From: Candidatus Hermodarchaeota archaeon | GTDB taxonomy: Archaea > Asgardarchaeota > Thorarchaeia > Thorarchaeales > Thorarchaeaceae | Reading direction: 5' to 3' | Assembly (NCBI GenBank): GCA_048885865.1 | Contig: JBHLLF010000036.1 | Location: forward strand, 1-25,904 | DNA length: 25,904 nucleotides | Part shown: positions 1-8,421 of the stretch, piece after piece | Layout of the letters: each line of letters begins with the position of its first letter | How positions within the stretch are numbered: the first letter of the stretch is position 1 | Made by a program: the position numbers and the translations under genes | The notes under the pieces: model-generated | Seen by the model: the letters and a program-made list of their open reading frames with translations, nothing else | What the model was told of the DNA's origin: nothing | Databases searched by the model: none

Positions 1-1
1 C

Positions 2-259
2 CCGAAGTTGGAATCCGATGCAAATCGTATAGATACAATCAATCTCAATGACCTTGAGGCTACATTGCATAGAATGGAAGTGTCTGAAATCGATGATGCG
101 AGCGGAGCAATGAAAGGGAAGCTAAAGGCAATAGCCGCAGCCAAACCGCTCATTGAGCAGGGTCTGGAAGTTGGGCTCTTATCTATGATGGAATATGGCT
201 CTCTAAAGGCCTTTCTTGAGAACGAAGCCTGTCAATGCACTAGAATAGTTGTAGAATAG
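2..259 (+). CDS. Partial (5'-truncated) amino-acid-kinase-family protein, probably isopentenyl phosphate kinase C-terminus
   Basis: Frame is open from base 2 (PKLESDANRI, like the DPKxxxDA motif). Contains DASGAMKGKL (compare DVTGGMxGKL of IPK/AAK kinases) and a terminal CTRIV (compare GTxI). Confidence 0.65.
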   Translation, partial: PKLESDANRIDTINLNDLEATLHRMEVSEIDDASGAMKGKLKAIAAAKPLIEQGLEVGLLSMMEYGSLKAFLENEACQCTRIVVE

Positions 260-261
260 CA

Positions 262-285
262 TGTGGGGCTTGGAAAAGTCCCACA
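262..285. terminator. Hairpin between convergent genes, candidate bidirectional terminator
   Basis: TGTGGGGCTT-GGAA-AAGTCCCACA: 10-bp stem (one G-U) with a GNRA tetraloop, in the 29-nt gap between the stops at 259 and 289. Confidence 0.55.
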
Positions 286-288
286 CTT

Positions 289-1503
289 TCATTTCTTATA
301 ACGGTCAATTATCTCTTGATATATCGCGATTAATTGCCTTGCATGTTTCTTGATGTCATACTTCTCTTCAACGGTCTTCAATGCATTTTGCACAATCTGT
401 TCTCTGCCTTTCTCGTCTGACAGCAGATACTCAACCGCATCAGCCAGCGCTCTGGCATCATCTGGAGGCACTGCGAAACCGTCATAATTATGCCTGATGA
501 TTTCTCTTGGCCCAAAGGCATCCGTAGTTATGACGGGCACACCACAGGCCATCGCCTCGACTATTGAGAGTCCAAATGGCTCACGTCGTGATGGATAGAG
601 GAATATTCTGCTCTTGTTGATCATGAGAGGGACAGCCGCAGTTTCAACAACGCCGCGATAGTCTACAATTGAAGACACCCCTTTCTTTTCAAATTCATTA
701 AAGAGCCAATTCTTGAGAGACCCCTCACCAGTCATCATCATCTTGAGGGTGGGGAACCTGGTCTTGAGAAGAGATAGCATCTCTGGAAACAGGTCTACAG
801 ACTTCATCGCTTCCAGACGTCCCATGAATGCTATGTCCCACTCCTTTTCTACATCCATCAGTGGCTTGAAGACCGACAGGTCAATGCCGCTGTATACCGT
901 ACGAACTCTATCATGAAGCTCAGATTCTAGATGCTCTTTGACCGCTCCTGCAACATGCTCGCTAACGGCAATAACAAGATCAAATCCGAAGTCTGAAACG
1001 AATTCCTGGAAATCTGTCGTTTCCCTTCCATCTGGCAGGATGAGCGGCTTAGGCAAACCATGAATTGTGATAACTGCAGGAATTTCTAGCTCAGACTGCG
1101 ATTGTAGTTTGGTGATTACTTTGTTGAAGACTACGTAGGTGCTATGCGCATGAATAATGTCTGGATGAACCTCATGAATTAGTCCAGCAAGCTGGTCTGT
1201 AAGTATACTCACGTTTTCTATAATGTCATTAGGCTTGAACAGATATCCAACTGCTTCTTGCCTCTTCTCCTCGGGCAAAGCATAGAATTCCCACTTACGA
1301 GCCTCAAGCAAGTTGCCTGGTAAGTGAAAAATGGTATAGTGTTGCTTCCTGACTGTTTCTGGAGAGTTTCGATAGGGTGGTTGTGTAGCTACAAATGACT
1401 CGTGTCCTTCTGCAGCCATCGCTTTTGATAGATAATGGATAATTGACTCGTATCCTCCAAGACCGGCAGGGTTAAGGCTGTCACAAAGGTGGAGAATTCT
1501 CAT
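289..1503 (-). CDS. Glycosyltransferase family 4 (GT-B fold)
   Basis: N-terminal MRILHL...GGYE; DIIHAH; C-terminal FMGRL..K and EPFGLSIVEAMACG (E-x7-E) motif. Confidence 0.92.
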   Translation of the reverse strand: MRILHLCDSLNPAGLGGYESIIHYLSKAMAAEGHESFVATQPPYRNSPETVRKQHYTIFHLPGNLLEARKWEFYALPEEKRQEAVGYLFKPNDIIENVSILTDQLAGLIHEVHPDIIHAHSTYVVFNKVITKLQSQSELEIPAVITIHGLPKPLILPDGRETTDFQEFVSDFGFDLVIAVSEHVAGAVKEHLESELHDRVRTVYSGIDLSVFKPLMDVEKEWDIAFMGRLEAMKSVDLFPEMLSLLKTRFPTLKMMMTGEGSLKNWLFNEFEKKGVSSIVDYRGVVETAAVPLMINKSRIFLYPSRREPFGLSIVEAMACGVPVITTDAFGPREIIRHNYDGFAVPPDDARALADAVEYLLSDEKGREQIVQNALKTVEEKYDIKKHARQLIAIYQEIIDRYKK

Positions 1504-1562
1504 TAGCAGTCACTGCCAATCTCAGTAAGAGGCGCCTAATCTATCTAACGAGGAGCACACCA

Positions 1563-2648
1563 ATGAAGACAGATGAAGAGAATCATCCAGCGTTGGTTTC
1601 CCTTCCGGATAGAGTCCGTGATCGAGATGTGTTTCATGATAAGGCAGGAAGAGTCTATGTGACGCTCGGCTACATCCAGCCAGAAGACAGAATCCTCTCC
1701 TTCTTCAAATATGCTCCACATCCAGAAGGAAAGTGGCGAACAGCAGACCAACGATACAAGCGTATCTTCTGGGGAGGGGGCGCATCAGCAGCCGAGGGTA
1801 TGACCAAGGCTCCAGATGACTATCTTGTACACGATTCGCACTTTGGTAGTGAGCTCCTTGAGGTTCCTAGAACAGATGTCGAGAAGTACTTCAGTCCTGA
1901 GATTCGAGTGAAAGAAATCCTGGAATCCACATCACGGGACCCTCTTGAAGAGAGTGTTGCGCAGATGACTGAAACTCTCCATGACACACTTGATATTCCC
2001 GTCGAAAGACTTGGTGTCACCGGCAGTATTGTATGGAAAGCGCATAACCCAAGCTTTTCTGACATCAACATGAACATCTATGGCTTTGATACAGCCTGGC
2101 ATCTGCAGAAGGGTTATGATGAAGTTGCAGAGCGGAATTCCCACATGCGCCTTCGACAAATGCATGAATGGAAACGGACCATGGCCAGAGTCGTGGAACG
2201 CATTCCTGTTCTTCCTATCGAATCCATGAAAGAGCTGTTCACAAGGAGAAAGGGCCTTCTCTGTCATGAACGATCAATAGGAGTCATGCCAATACTTCTC
2301 CCTGATGAGGCTCCAATAACTCATGGTAGTGAGTCGTATGCAACAATAACACCTGAACCAGTGCGAGTAAGCATGGAGATATCCGATGAAACATATGGCC
2401 TGTTTCTTCCTGCAATCTACTTGGGTGAGTCTCAACCTCTCGAGCTCATAGATGGCGAATGCGTTACTAGAATTCTGGTCTATGAGGGGTCATTCCGTGG
2501 GCTTATTCGGAGTGGTGACAGGGTAGAAGTGTCCGGGATTATCCAGAGAGTTACACCCATTGATTCAGACACGGACCCATTCTATCAGTTAATGGTAGGT
2601 TCAAAGACTGGTGCAGGGAAGGAGTATATCAGGCTCACAAATTCCTAG
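1563..2648 (+). CDS. COG1665-like archaeal pol-beta-type nucleotidyltransferase with C-terminal OB-like domain; degenerate DxN active site
   Basis: RDRD..F....G..Y N-terminus; GVTGS-x11-SDINMNIYG; C-terminal GDRVEVSG. Collinear with the neighbour at 2645-3718. Confidence 0.75.
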   Translation: MKTDEENHPALVSLPDRVRDRDVFHDKAGRVYVTLGYIQPEDRILSFFKYAPHPEGKWRTADQRYKRIFWGGGASAAEGMTKAPDDYLVHDSHFGSELLEVPRTDVEKYFSPEIRVKEILESTSRDPLEESVAQMTETLHDTLDIPVERLGVTGSIVWKAHNPSFSDINMNIYGFDTAWHLQKGYDEVAERNSHMRLRQMHEWKRTMARVVERIPVLPIESMKELFTRRKGLLCHERSIGVMPILLPDEAPITHGSESYATITPEPVRVSMEISDETYGLFLPAIYLGESQPLELIDGECVTRILVYEGSFRGLIRSGDRVEVSGIIQRVTPIDSDTDPFYQLMVGSKTGAGKEYIRLTNS

Positions 2649-3718
2649 AACTCGACGGTGTCAATCGTCTTTAGGACATTAGCCTCCCATCCCGGCGGAT
2701 AGCTCAATGCGATTTGGTCGTACTCGGTGCTTCTCCTTTCAACATGCTCGAGTATTCCGGAGACTATCACCTCTTCATCTCTAAAGGCCATCATCCTGAA
2801 CTGCTCAATATAGTTGAGGACTCTTGTTGGAGAGGCGCTTGAGTCGCCTTCAATCACCTCAAGTGTTTCAATTCCATACTCACTGGGCATGTAGTAACTA
2901 TCCTCGTGGTCTGTGATTCGTGCCCTGACGGTGATACGCTCACCCGGGGTCATTATTGCGTCCTCAGCAAGGTTGTCAATCTCCTCAAATCTGCGAATTG
3001 GTTCAAACTCAACCTTCAGAAACGGGTCACGGACTCCAGGAAGGACTCCATAGATTCCTTTTCGGCGGTGGTGAGCAATAATCTCTTCGCGGGTTATCGC
3101 GGTGAATGGAGAAGGTTTTTCCAGAAACTGCTGCACTTCAACAACGAACTCGTTGGCAAGATATCCGTTGGGCTCCGAATACCACTCGAGCAGATGTGGA
3201 CGAAGCCGTTCAAAGGTCTTCCTTCCGTAGACTGTTATGTCCAGATCTGAGAACTGAGGATGATATATTCCAGCCAGAAGACTCCCAAATATGCCTAAGT
3301 CAGCCCTCTTTATTGACGTGTTTTCAACGAGGTAATCAATGAGTTCAACCAAGAGACTCGCAAGCAGGTCATCAGGCGGCGATTCAAGCATCTCCCTCAG
3401 ACAATCATCAGTCCTTAGCTCCTTTTGGATGTCATGATGTGTCACTCCAACAAGGGTTGTGTTCAGTGGAGGATAGGGGACCATGAATTGAGGATACCTC
3501 TCTGTGACGAACTCGATACCCTCCGAGCCATAGAACTTACAGTACCCTTTCTTTCGAATTCGTTGGTCAAGGAGAGTTTCTGAGTTGAAGATTGACATGG
3601 GTACATATTCAGGGTCACAGACATAGCCTGATGATGGATGCCAATAGCCATAGACCCGAAAGAAGATTCCAGGTTCTGTGAGAATGAGATCACGGTCTCG
3701 GAGTGTATATTTTGACAA
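2645..3718 (-). CDS. COG1665-like archaeal nucleotidyltransferase with C-terminal OB-like domain
   Basis: LRDRD...GIFFRVYGY.HP; GIFGS-x11-SDLDITVYG (intact GS...DxD); C-terminal DEEVIVSGILE. TTG start. Confidence 0.8.
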   Translation of the reverse strand: MSKYTLRDRDLILTEPGIFFRVYGYWHPSSGYVCDPEYVPMSIFNSETLLDQRIRKKGYCKFYGSEGIEFVTERYPQFMVPYPPLNTTLVGVTHHDIQKELRTDDCLREMLESPPDDLLASLLVELIDYLVENTSIKRADLGIFGSLLAGIYHPQFSDLDITVYGRKTFERLRPHLLEWYSEPNGYLANEFVVEVQQFLEKPSPFTAITREEIIAHHRRKGIYGVLPGVRDPFLKVEFEPIRRFEEIDNLAEDAIMTPGERITVRARITDHEDSYYMPSEYGIETLEVIEGDSSASPTRVLNYIEQFRMMAFRDEEVIVSGILEHVERRSTEYDQIALSYPPGWEANVLKTIDTVEF

Positions 3719-3807
3719 TATTGCTACCCCTGCTGAAGAGAAGTCGCGTTTACGCCTGATGATAATCCTTGCCCTCGACAGCCAGACTCATTAGGCACGA
3801 TTGCTAA

Positions 3808-4878
3808 TTGATACCCGTGTCGTTCGATAGACCTTTCGTACGAACAAAAGAGCGTGATGGAGAGAAGGCTAGACAGGCCCTTATTGACGCAAAACTTCTA
3901 GATACCGAGTGCAAGATAGCAAAAGACGAAGACTGGCTATACTTTCCACTGACTCAGAAGAAGACAGAGAAAGGACTCAAGAAAATCCTTGGGAAAATTA
4001 AGTATGAGATTGGTAGGCGAGAGTTCACACCAGTCTTCATGGGTCCCAAGACCCTTTCAGAAGCACTTGTAGGTCTTCTCCCTTCAGATCTATTGGAATT
4101 GCTCCCTCGTGCGTACGACCTGATTGGCGACATCGCCGTCATAGAGATTCCTGATGAGCTCACAGACTATGATCGCCAAATTGGTGCAGCTCTCAAGACG
4201 GTCCACAAGAATTTCAATACTGTACTCGGTAAGAAGGGTGCAATATCCGGAACAACACGAGTACGTGAATATGAGGTGCTAGCAGGCCAGAATAAGACAA
4301 AGACCATTCACACAGAGTATAATCTTAGGATTGCGGTCGATGTCGCAAAGGCCTATTTCAGCCCGAGACTGCTTGAGGAACACAACAGAATCGCCGACTT
4401 GGTCAGAGATGATGAGCTGGTCATTGACATGTTTACGGGAGTTGGACCCTTTGCATTACATATTGCCAGACGCCACAGGGTCAAGGTCTATGCAGTGGAT
4501 ATCAACCCGGATGCAATTGACCTGCTTCAAGAAAGCTTGGAGCTAAATCGTTTCGCCGGAGAAGTTATCCCAATACTAGGAGATACCCATGAATACATTC
4601 AGAGCGGCTTTGATGGTGATGTCGATCGCGTGATTATGAACCACCCTTCAGGGGCATTCGAGTTTGTGGTGGATGCCTGCAAGGCTCTAAAACCTGAAGG
4701 CATCATGCATTACTATGAGTTTATGGGAGGGGACAACCCCGAGGGCAGCCTGACCGAGAGGATTACTAGTCTTGTCGAAGAAGCTGGCAGACAGGTTGCT
4801 CGGATTGAAACTATTCGAAGAGTGCGTGATAGCGCGCCTCATGAGTACCAAATGGTTGCTGATGTTGTCATTCAGTGA
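3808..4878 (+). CDS. trm5: tRNA (guanine37-N1)-methyltransferase, Trm5 family
   Basis: AYDLIGDIAV, TIHTEY, AYFSPRL..E, SAM-binding DMFTGVGPF, AVDINPDA, DRVIMNHP; N-terminal D1 domain present. Start uncertain (TTG 3808 or GTG 3817). Confidence 0.9.
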   Translation: MIPVSFDRPFVRTKERDGEKARQALIDAKLLDTECKIAKDEDWLYFPLTQKKTEKGLKKILGKIKYEIGRREFTPVFMGPKTLSEALVGLLPSDLLELLPRAYDLIGDIAVIEIPDELTDYDRQIGAALKTVHKNFNTVLGKKGAISGTTRVREYEVLAGQNKTKTIHTEYNLRIAVDVAKAYFSPRLLEEHNRIADLVRDDELVIDMFTGVGPFALHIARRHRVKVYAVDINPDAIDLLQESLELNRFAGEVIPILGDTHEYIQSGFDGDVDRVIMNHPSGAFEFVVDACKALKPEGIMHYYEFMGGDNPEGSLTERITSLVEEAGRQVARIETIRRVRDSAPHEYQMVADVVIQ

Positions 4879-5293
4879 CAAAGAGGATCTCACATTGCAA
4901 TTGCGTTTCATGATTCCTCAAAGCATCAACGAATGAGCGGTCCAAATCAACGGCAGCCTTGTCTGCGCCTACCATGAGAGTCCTATCACAAACGAATGAG
5001 CTTTTTCTTGCCACCATGCTGACGGTATCCAAATATGTGAGTCTTGGATCCCCTCTTCCTGTTATCTCCTCCATGAGATTACCCGCTTTCAGCTTCAGAA
5101 CAATCTTGGTCCTTTTTGATGCCGCAAGTGCCTTTATTTTGGGGGGGACCTCATTCAATGATTTGTCAGCTCGGACCCCTATGATACATGTGCCCCTCTG
5201 AGTGAGAAAGTCTTCAGTGGTGATTTCCACTGTGGTCCTGTGATTTGCAAGCACATTTACATGCCCACAGGCCTGAAAGTGCACACTCTGCAT
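4868..5293 (-). CDS. DUF371 domain protein (MTH639-like)
   Basis: GHVNV.A.HRTTVEIT.E.FLT.RG.CIIGV.ADK and RKSSF...RTL...ADKAA.DL signature. Confidence 0.88.
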   Translation of the reverse strand: MQSVHFQACGHVNVLANHRTTVEITTEDFLTQRGTCIIGVRADKSLNEVPPKIKALAASKRTKIVLKLKAGNLMEEITGRGDPRLTYLDTVSMVARKSSFVCDRTLMVGADKAAVDLDRSFVDALRNHETQLQCEILFVTE

Positions 5294-5349
5294 AGCGAAA
5301 ACATGGCGGTCAACGCTTTTATCATTGCATGTTCATTCGTGTATTGGTA

Positions 5350-6030
5350 ATGATGCGGGACAGCTCACTAGAAAAGCAGAAGGAAAACCTCGCTCATAGT
5401 CTTCAACGCAGAGGTTACCTCAAGACAGATGCAGTAAAACGCGCATTCATGGCTGTCCCCCGCGAGGAATTTGTGCTACCAGAGTCCAGAAAACATTCCT
5501 ACCGCGACTCGCCCCTCTCCATAGGACTTGGTCAGACAATCTCAGCTCCGCATATGTGTGTCATTATGTGTGAAGGCCTTAATCTGACTGAGGGACTTCG
5601 CGTCTTGGAAGTGGGTGCAGGTTCTGGCTATCACGCCGCTCTATGTGCTGAGATAGTGGCACCACCGAACTCCTCCAATCCAGGACATGTCTATACCATT
5701 GAGATTGTCAAGGGCCTTATTGACTTTGCACAGGGCAATCTTGAACGTGCAGGATATGCAGACAGAGTGACCCTTATTCAGGGTGATGGCGGCAAAGGGC
5801 TGCCTGATGAGGCTCCGTTCGACAGAATACTTGTTGCGGCCGCTGCCCCAACTGTTCCCCCGCCTCTGATAGAACAGCTCCGACCTGGAGGGATTATGCT
5901 AATCCCAGTAGGATCTCGCGGGTTCTATCAAGAGCTGATGATGGTTCATAAGGATGAAGACGCGAACGTGACGAAGAGAAGATGGGGTGGAGTGGCTTTT
6001 GTGCCTCTCACCGGAGAGTTTGGTCACTAA
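5350..6030 (+). CDS. pcm: Protein-L-isoaspartate O-methyltransferase
   Basis: VPREEF, GQTISAPHM, VLEVGAGSGY.AA, APFDRILV.AA, L..QL.PGG..LIPVG, VAFVPL. Start moved to ATG 5350 (ORF track gives 5329). Confidence 0.95.
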   Translation: MMRDSSLEKQKENLAHSLQRRGYLKTDAVKRAFMAVPREEFVLPESRKHSYRDSPLSIGLGQTISAPHMCVIMCEGLNLTEGLRVLEVGAGSGYHAALCAEIVAPPNSSNPGHVYTIEIVKGLIDFAQGNLERAGYADRVTLIQGDGGKGLPDEAPFDRILVAAAAPTVPPPLIEQLRPGGIMLIPVGSRGFYQELMMVHKDEDANVTKRRWGGVAFVPLTGEFGH

Positions 6031-6032
6031 AA

Positions 6033-6710
6033 TCATGCCTTGTGCAGCGGGACTATTGTGAGTGTTACTGGATCGTTGTCCTTGAGCTTCAGCTTTGCCC
6101 TCAGGTTGACCTCAGAGATGATCTCCAAGATTTCTTGTCCATGGTGAGTTCTCTGGGCGATGACAACGGCGCCATCAATTTTCTCGTTTATTTTAGCACG
6201 ATAGCAGACTACATCACCAAATGATCGGCCCTCATGAGTGAATCCTGGCACGATAAGCGGGGGTGTCTGCTTCATTCTGTTTATCGCACTCCGTGAGTCA
6301 TCATCAACAATCTTGACATTAAGGGTGCCAGAAAATGGCTCGAATCCAAGGGCATCATAGAATCTAGGAGCATATGCATCTACATAGTACGCGCCTTGCC
6401 CAAGGCCGTGGACAACCCGCCCAGCTATTACTATCTCCTCCTCAAAGGGAACAAGCGCAAGTTCAAGGCCTGTCCTCACGCTCTTCAGTTCCTTGACGCC
6501 CTTTTTTGATAGCTGAATAAGCATCCCATTTGCCGTATGTATTCTACTCACATAGCCCTCATCAGCACAGTAGGTCACTCTGCGGGATGCGGTCTGCTGG
6601 CTAACTCCTAGTAAATCACCAAGCTTTCGAGTTGTCAGGACGGCTCTCTTATGAACTGCACCTTCTTTAGCCAGAACATAGAGAGTGAACCAAACATCAG
6701 GTGCAATCAT
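6033..6710 (-). CDS. ribK: CTP-dependent riboflavin kinase with N-terminal winged-HTH (RbkR-type)
   Basis: N-terminal LG..LGVSQQTASR HTH; kinase motifs GLGQGAYY, LGFEPFSGTLN, RTHH, EIIS.VNLR. Confidence 0.92.
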   Translation of the reverse strand: MIAPDVWFTLYVLAKEGAVHKRAVLTTRKLGDLLGVSQQTASRRVTYCADEGYVSRIHTANGMLIQLSKKGVKELKSVRTGLELALVPFEEEIVIAGRVVHGLGQGAYYVDAYAPRFYDALGFEPFSGTLNVKIVDDDSRSAINRMKQTPPLIVPGFTHEGRSFGDVVCYRAKINEKIDGAVVIAQRTHHGQEILEIISEVNLRAKLKLKDNDPVTLTIVPLHKA

Positions 6711-6738
6711 CTTACTCTGCTCTCCTAGCTCTCTCTTA

Positions 6739-7374
6739 TTATTGATTGCCTCTCAGTCGGTCCTCAAAGCCTCTGAGTTCCTCCACCAGTTTGCTCTGTT
6801 GAATCGCCGAAGTGATGTCCCCACGGGTCCGTTCAATGATAGATCTGGCCACATCACATTTTCTCCTGAGTTCCGGTACTAGAGCATTCGGAAAATCAAA
6901 AGTGTGTAGCTCGTCAAGTATCTCCTCCATGAAACCAAGTAAGTTCACTGCGGAATCAACCTTCTCCTCTCGAAGTGAGTCCAATACTGCTCTTCTCAAT
7001 TCGCCGACAGTATCTGCAAGGCCAGTTAGATAGGCTCGTGTCGGAATCCCATACTTTTCAGGTGGAGTAAAGGCGCCGTCTTTGAGGAGGGCTAATAGAT
7101 TTGCTGCCTCTGCTATCTCTTGATAGGCAATATCTAGCAACTTGGAGCGGGACACGAATTCGCTCCCTTTCATTTCTGTCATAGCCTGCTCTATGATTTC
7201 TCGAGCCTCAGATAGAAGATTCTCGGCCGAGTCGAAGTTCCCCCTATGGGTTTCTTTTATTGACTCACTACATTTTCTTACTGCAGACCTTGACAATGGG
7301 AGTACTTTCTCTCGAACTCCATCGTCTGTTTCAATTTCAGCCCTCATAGGCTTAAGAATCTCGGAAAGCTTCAT
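6739..7374 (-). CDS. Translin/TRAX (C3PO) family protein
   Basis: D..RE....LSR, AYQEIAEA, YLTGLADTVGELRR, LRRKCD. GAGGTGA RBS at 7386-7392 supports ATG 7374. Confidence 0.9.
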   Translation of the reverse strand: MKLSEILKPMRAEIETDDGVREKVLPLSRSAVRKCSESIKETHRGNFDSAENLLSEAREIIEQAMTEMKGSEFVSRSKLLDIAYQEIAEAANLLALLKDGAFTPPEKYGIPTRAYLTGLADTVGELRRAVLDSLREEKVDSAVNLLGFMEEILDELHTFDFPNALVPELRRKCDVARSIIERTRGDITSAIQQSKLVEELRGFEDRLRGNQ

Positions 7375-8410
7375 GGCTGTCGCCATCACCTCGATTATTG
7401 TGAATCTTCTTTATGTGTTTCTTACTAGATAGCAGAACGACTCTGCTTTCGACCTGCTCGTTTTGAATATAGTACCCTGTTAAGGATGCTAGCTTCTCAG
7501 AAAAGGCACGAATCTCTCGATGTGAAGGTGCATTCTCTTGAGCCAGTCGTCCCCTAGATGAACCCAGATACATGAACCCCTTTACTTCGATGAAATCAGG
7601 TTCCCCCCTAAGAATCATATCCGCGTAGGATCGAACTTCATGCATGTTCTCTCCCTCGACCATTGTGAGTCGATTCGTGCGCCGACATGAGAGTGAATGA
7701 AGTAGCTCCTGTGTTTCGTTCAGTTTTTCCCAGCCGTCAGAAATACCCGGCCTACATAGATTTCTGTACACCTCTTCATTGGGTGCTGCAAGTGTGATAT
7801 ACAGCTGTGTGGGGAGTGACATCTGCGTTAGCACTTCTGGTTGAGTGCCATTTGTCACAAGAAAAGTGGTCATATCACGCTCTTGTGCTTCATCAATGAG
7901 TTCGCTTAGATAAGGATAGAGGGTTGGTTCTCCTGCTAATGAAATGGCAAGATGCTTTGGATCTCTTGCCTCCTCGTACTTCTTGGCAGAAACACTTGGA
8001 GTAACATCAGGGTTGTAACCTCCTAATGACCTAAGGTTCGCCATGAGAGTCTGGTCTAGCAATTCTGATGGAGGAAGTACATCGTCTTGTGTAACAGATG
8101 TCTGATCCCATCCCACACTCACATCCGCAGGAGTGACTCGCCAGCAGAAGTCACAGTTCTGAGTGCACTTGTCAACAACTGGAGTCATCTGCAGGCATCT
8201 ATGACTCTCAATCCCATAGAAACGCTGCTTATAGCAGACATCTCCATACAGCAGACTCTTTCTCTGCCATTGACATGCCTTGAATGCTCCACGCTCTCCT
8301 AGAAGATGATACCCCTGCCGTTTGAGCTTCTCTTGCAATTCAGTAGGCATGTCAGAACTCAATGTACATTCGGGCAGAGTCCGAGGGTCTGTCTTATGAG
8401 GGTTTGGCAA
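7352..8410 (-). CDS. taw1: 4-demethylwyosine (imG-14) synthase, radical SAM
   Basis: K.C.W, CYKQRFYGIESHRCLQMTP, CTQNCDFCWR, AISLAGEPTLYP, FLVTNG, FIEVKGFM.LG.SR, SRVVLL. Alternative start ATG 8350. Confidence 0.95.
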   Translation of the reverse strand: MPNPHKTDPRTLPECTLSSDMPTELQEKLKRQGYHLLGERGAFKACQWQRKSLLYGDVCYKQRFYGIESHRCLQMTPVVDKCTQNCDFCWRVTPADVSVGWDQTSVTQDDVLPPSELLDQTLMANLRSLGGYNPDVTPSVSAKKYEEARDPKHLAISLAGEPTLYPYLSELIDEAQERDMTTFLVTNGTQPEVLTQMSLPTQLYITLAAPNEEVYRNLCRPGISDGWEKLNETQELLHSLSCRRTNRLTMVEGENMHEVRSYADMILRGEPDFIEVKGFMYLGSSRGRLAQENAPSHREIRAFSEKLASLTGYYIQNEQVESRVVLLSSKKHIKKIHNNRGDGDSHEAFRDS

Positions 8411-8421
8411 TAGCCATTACA

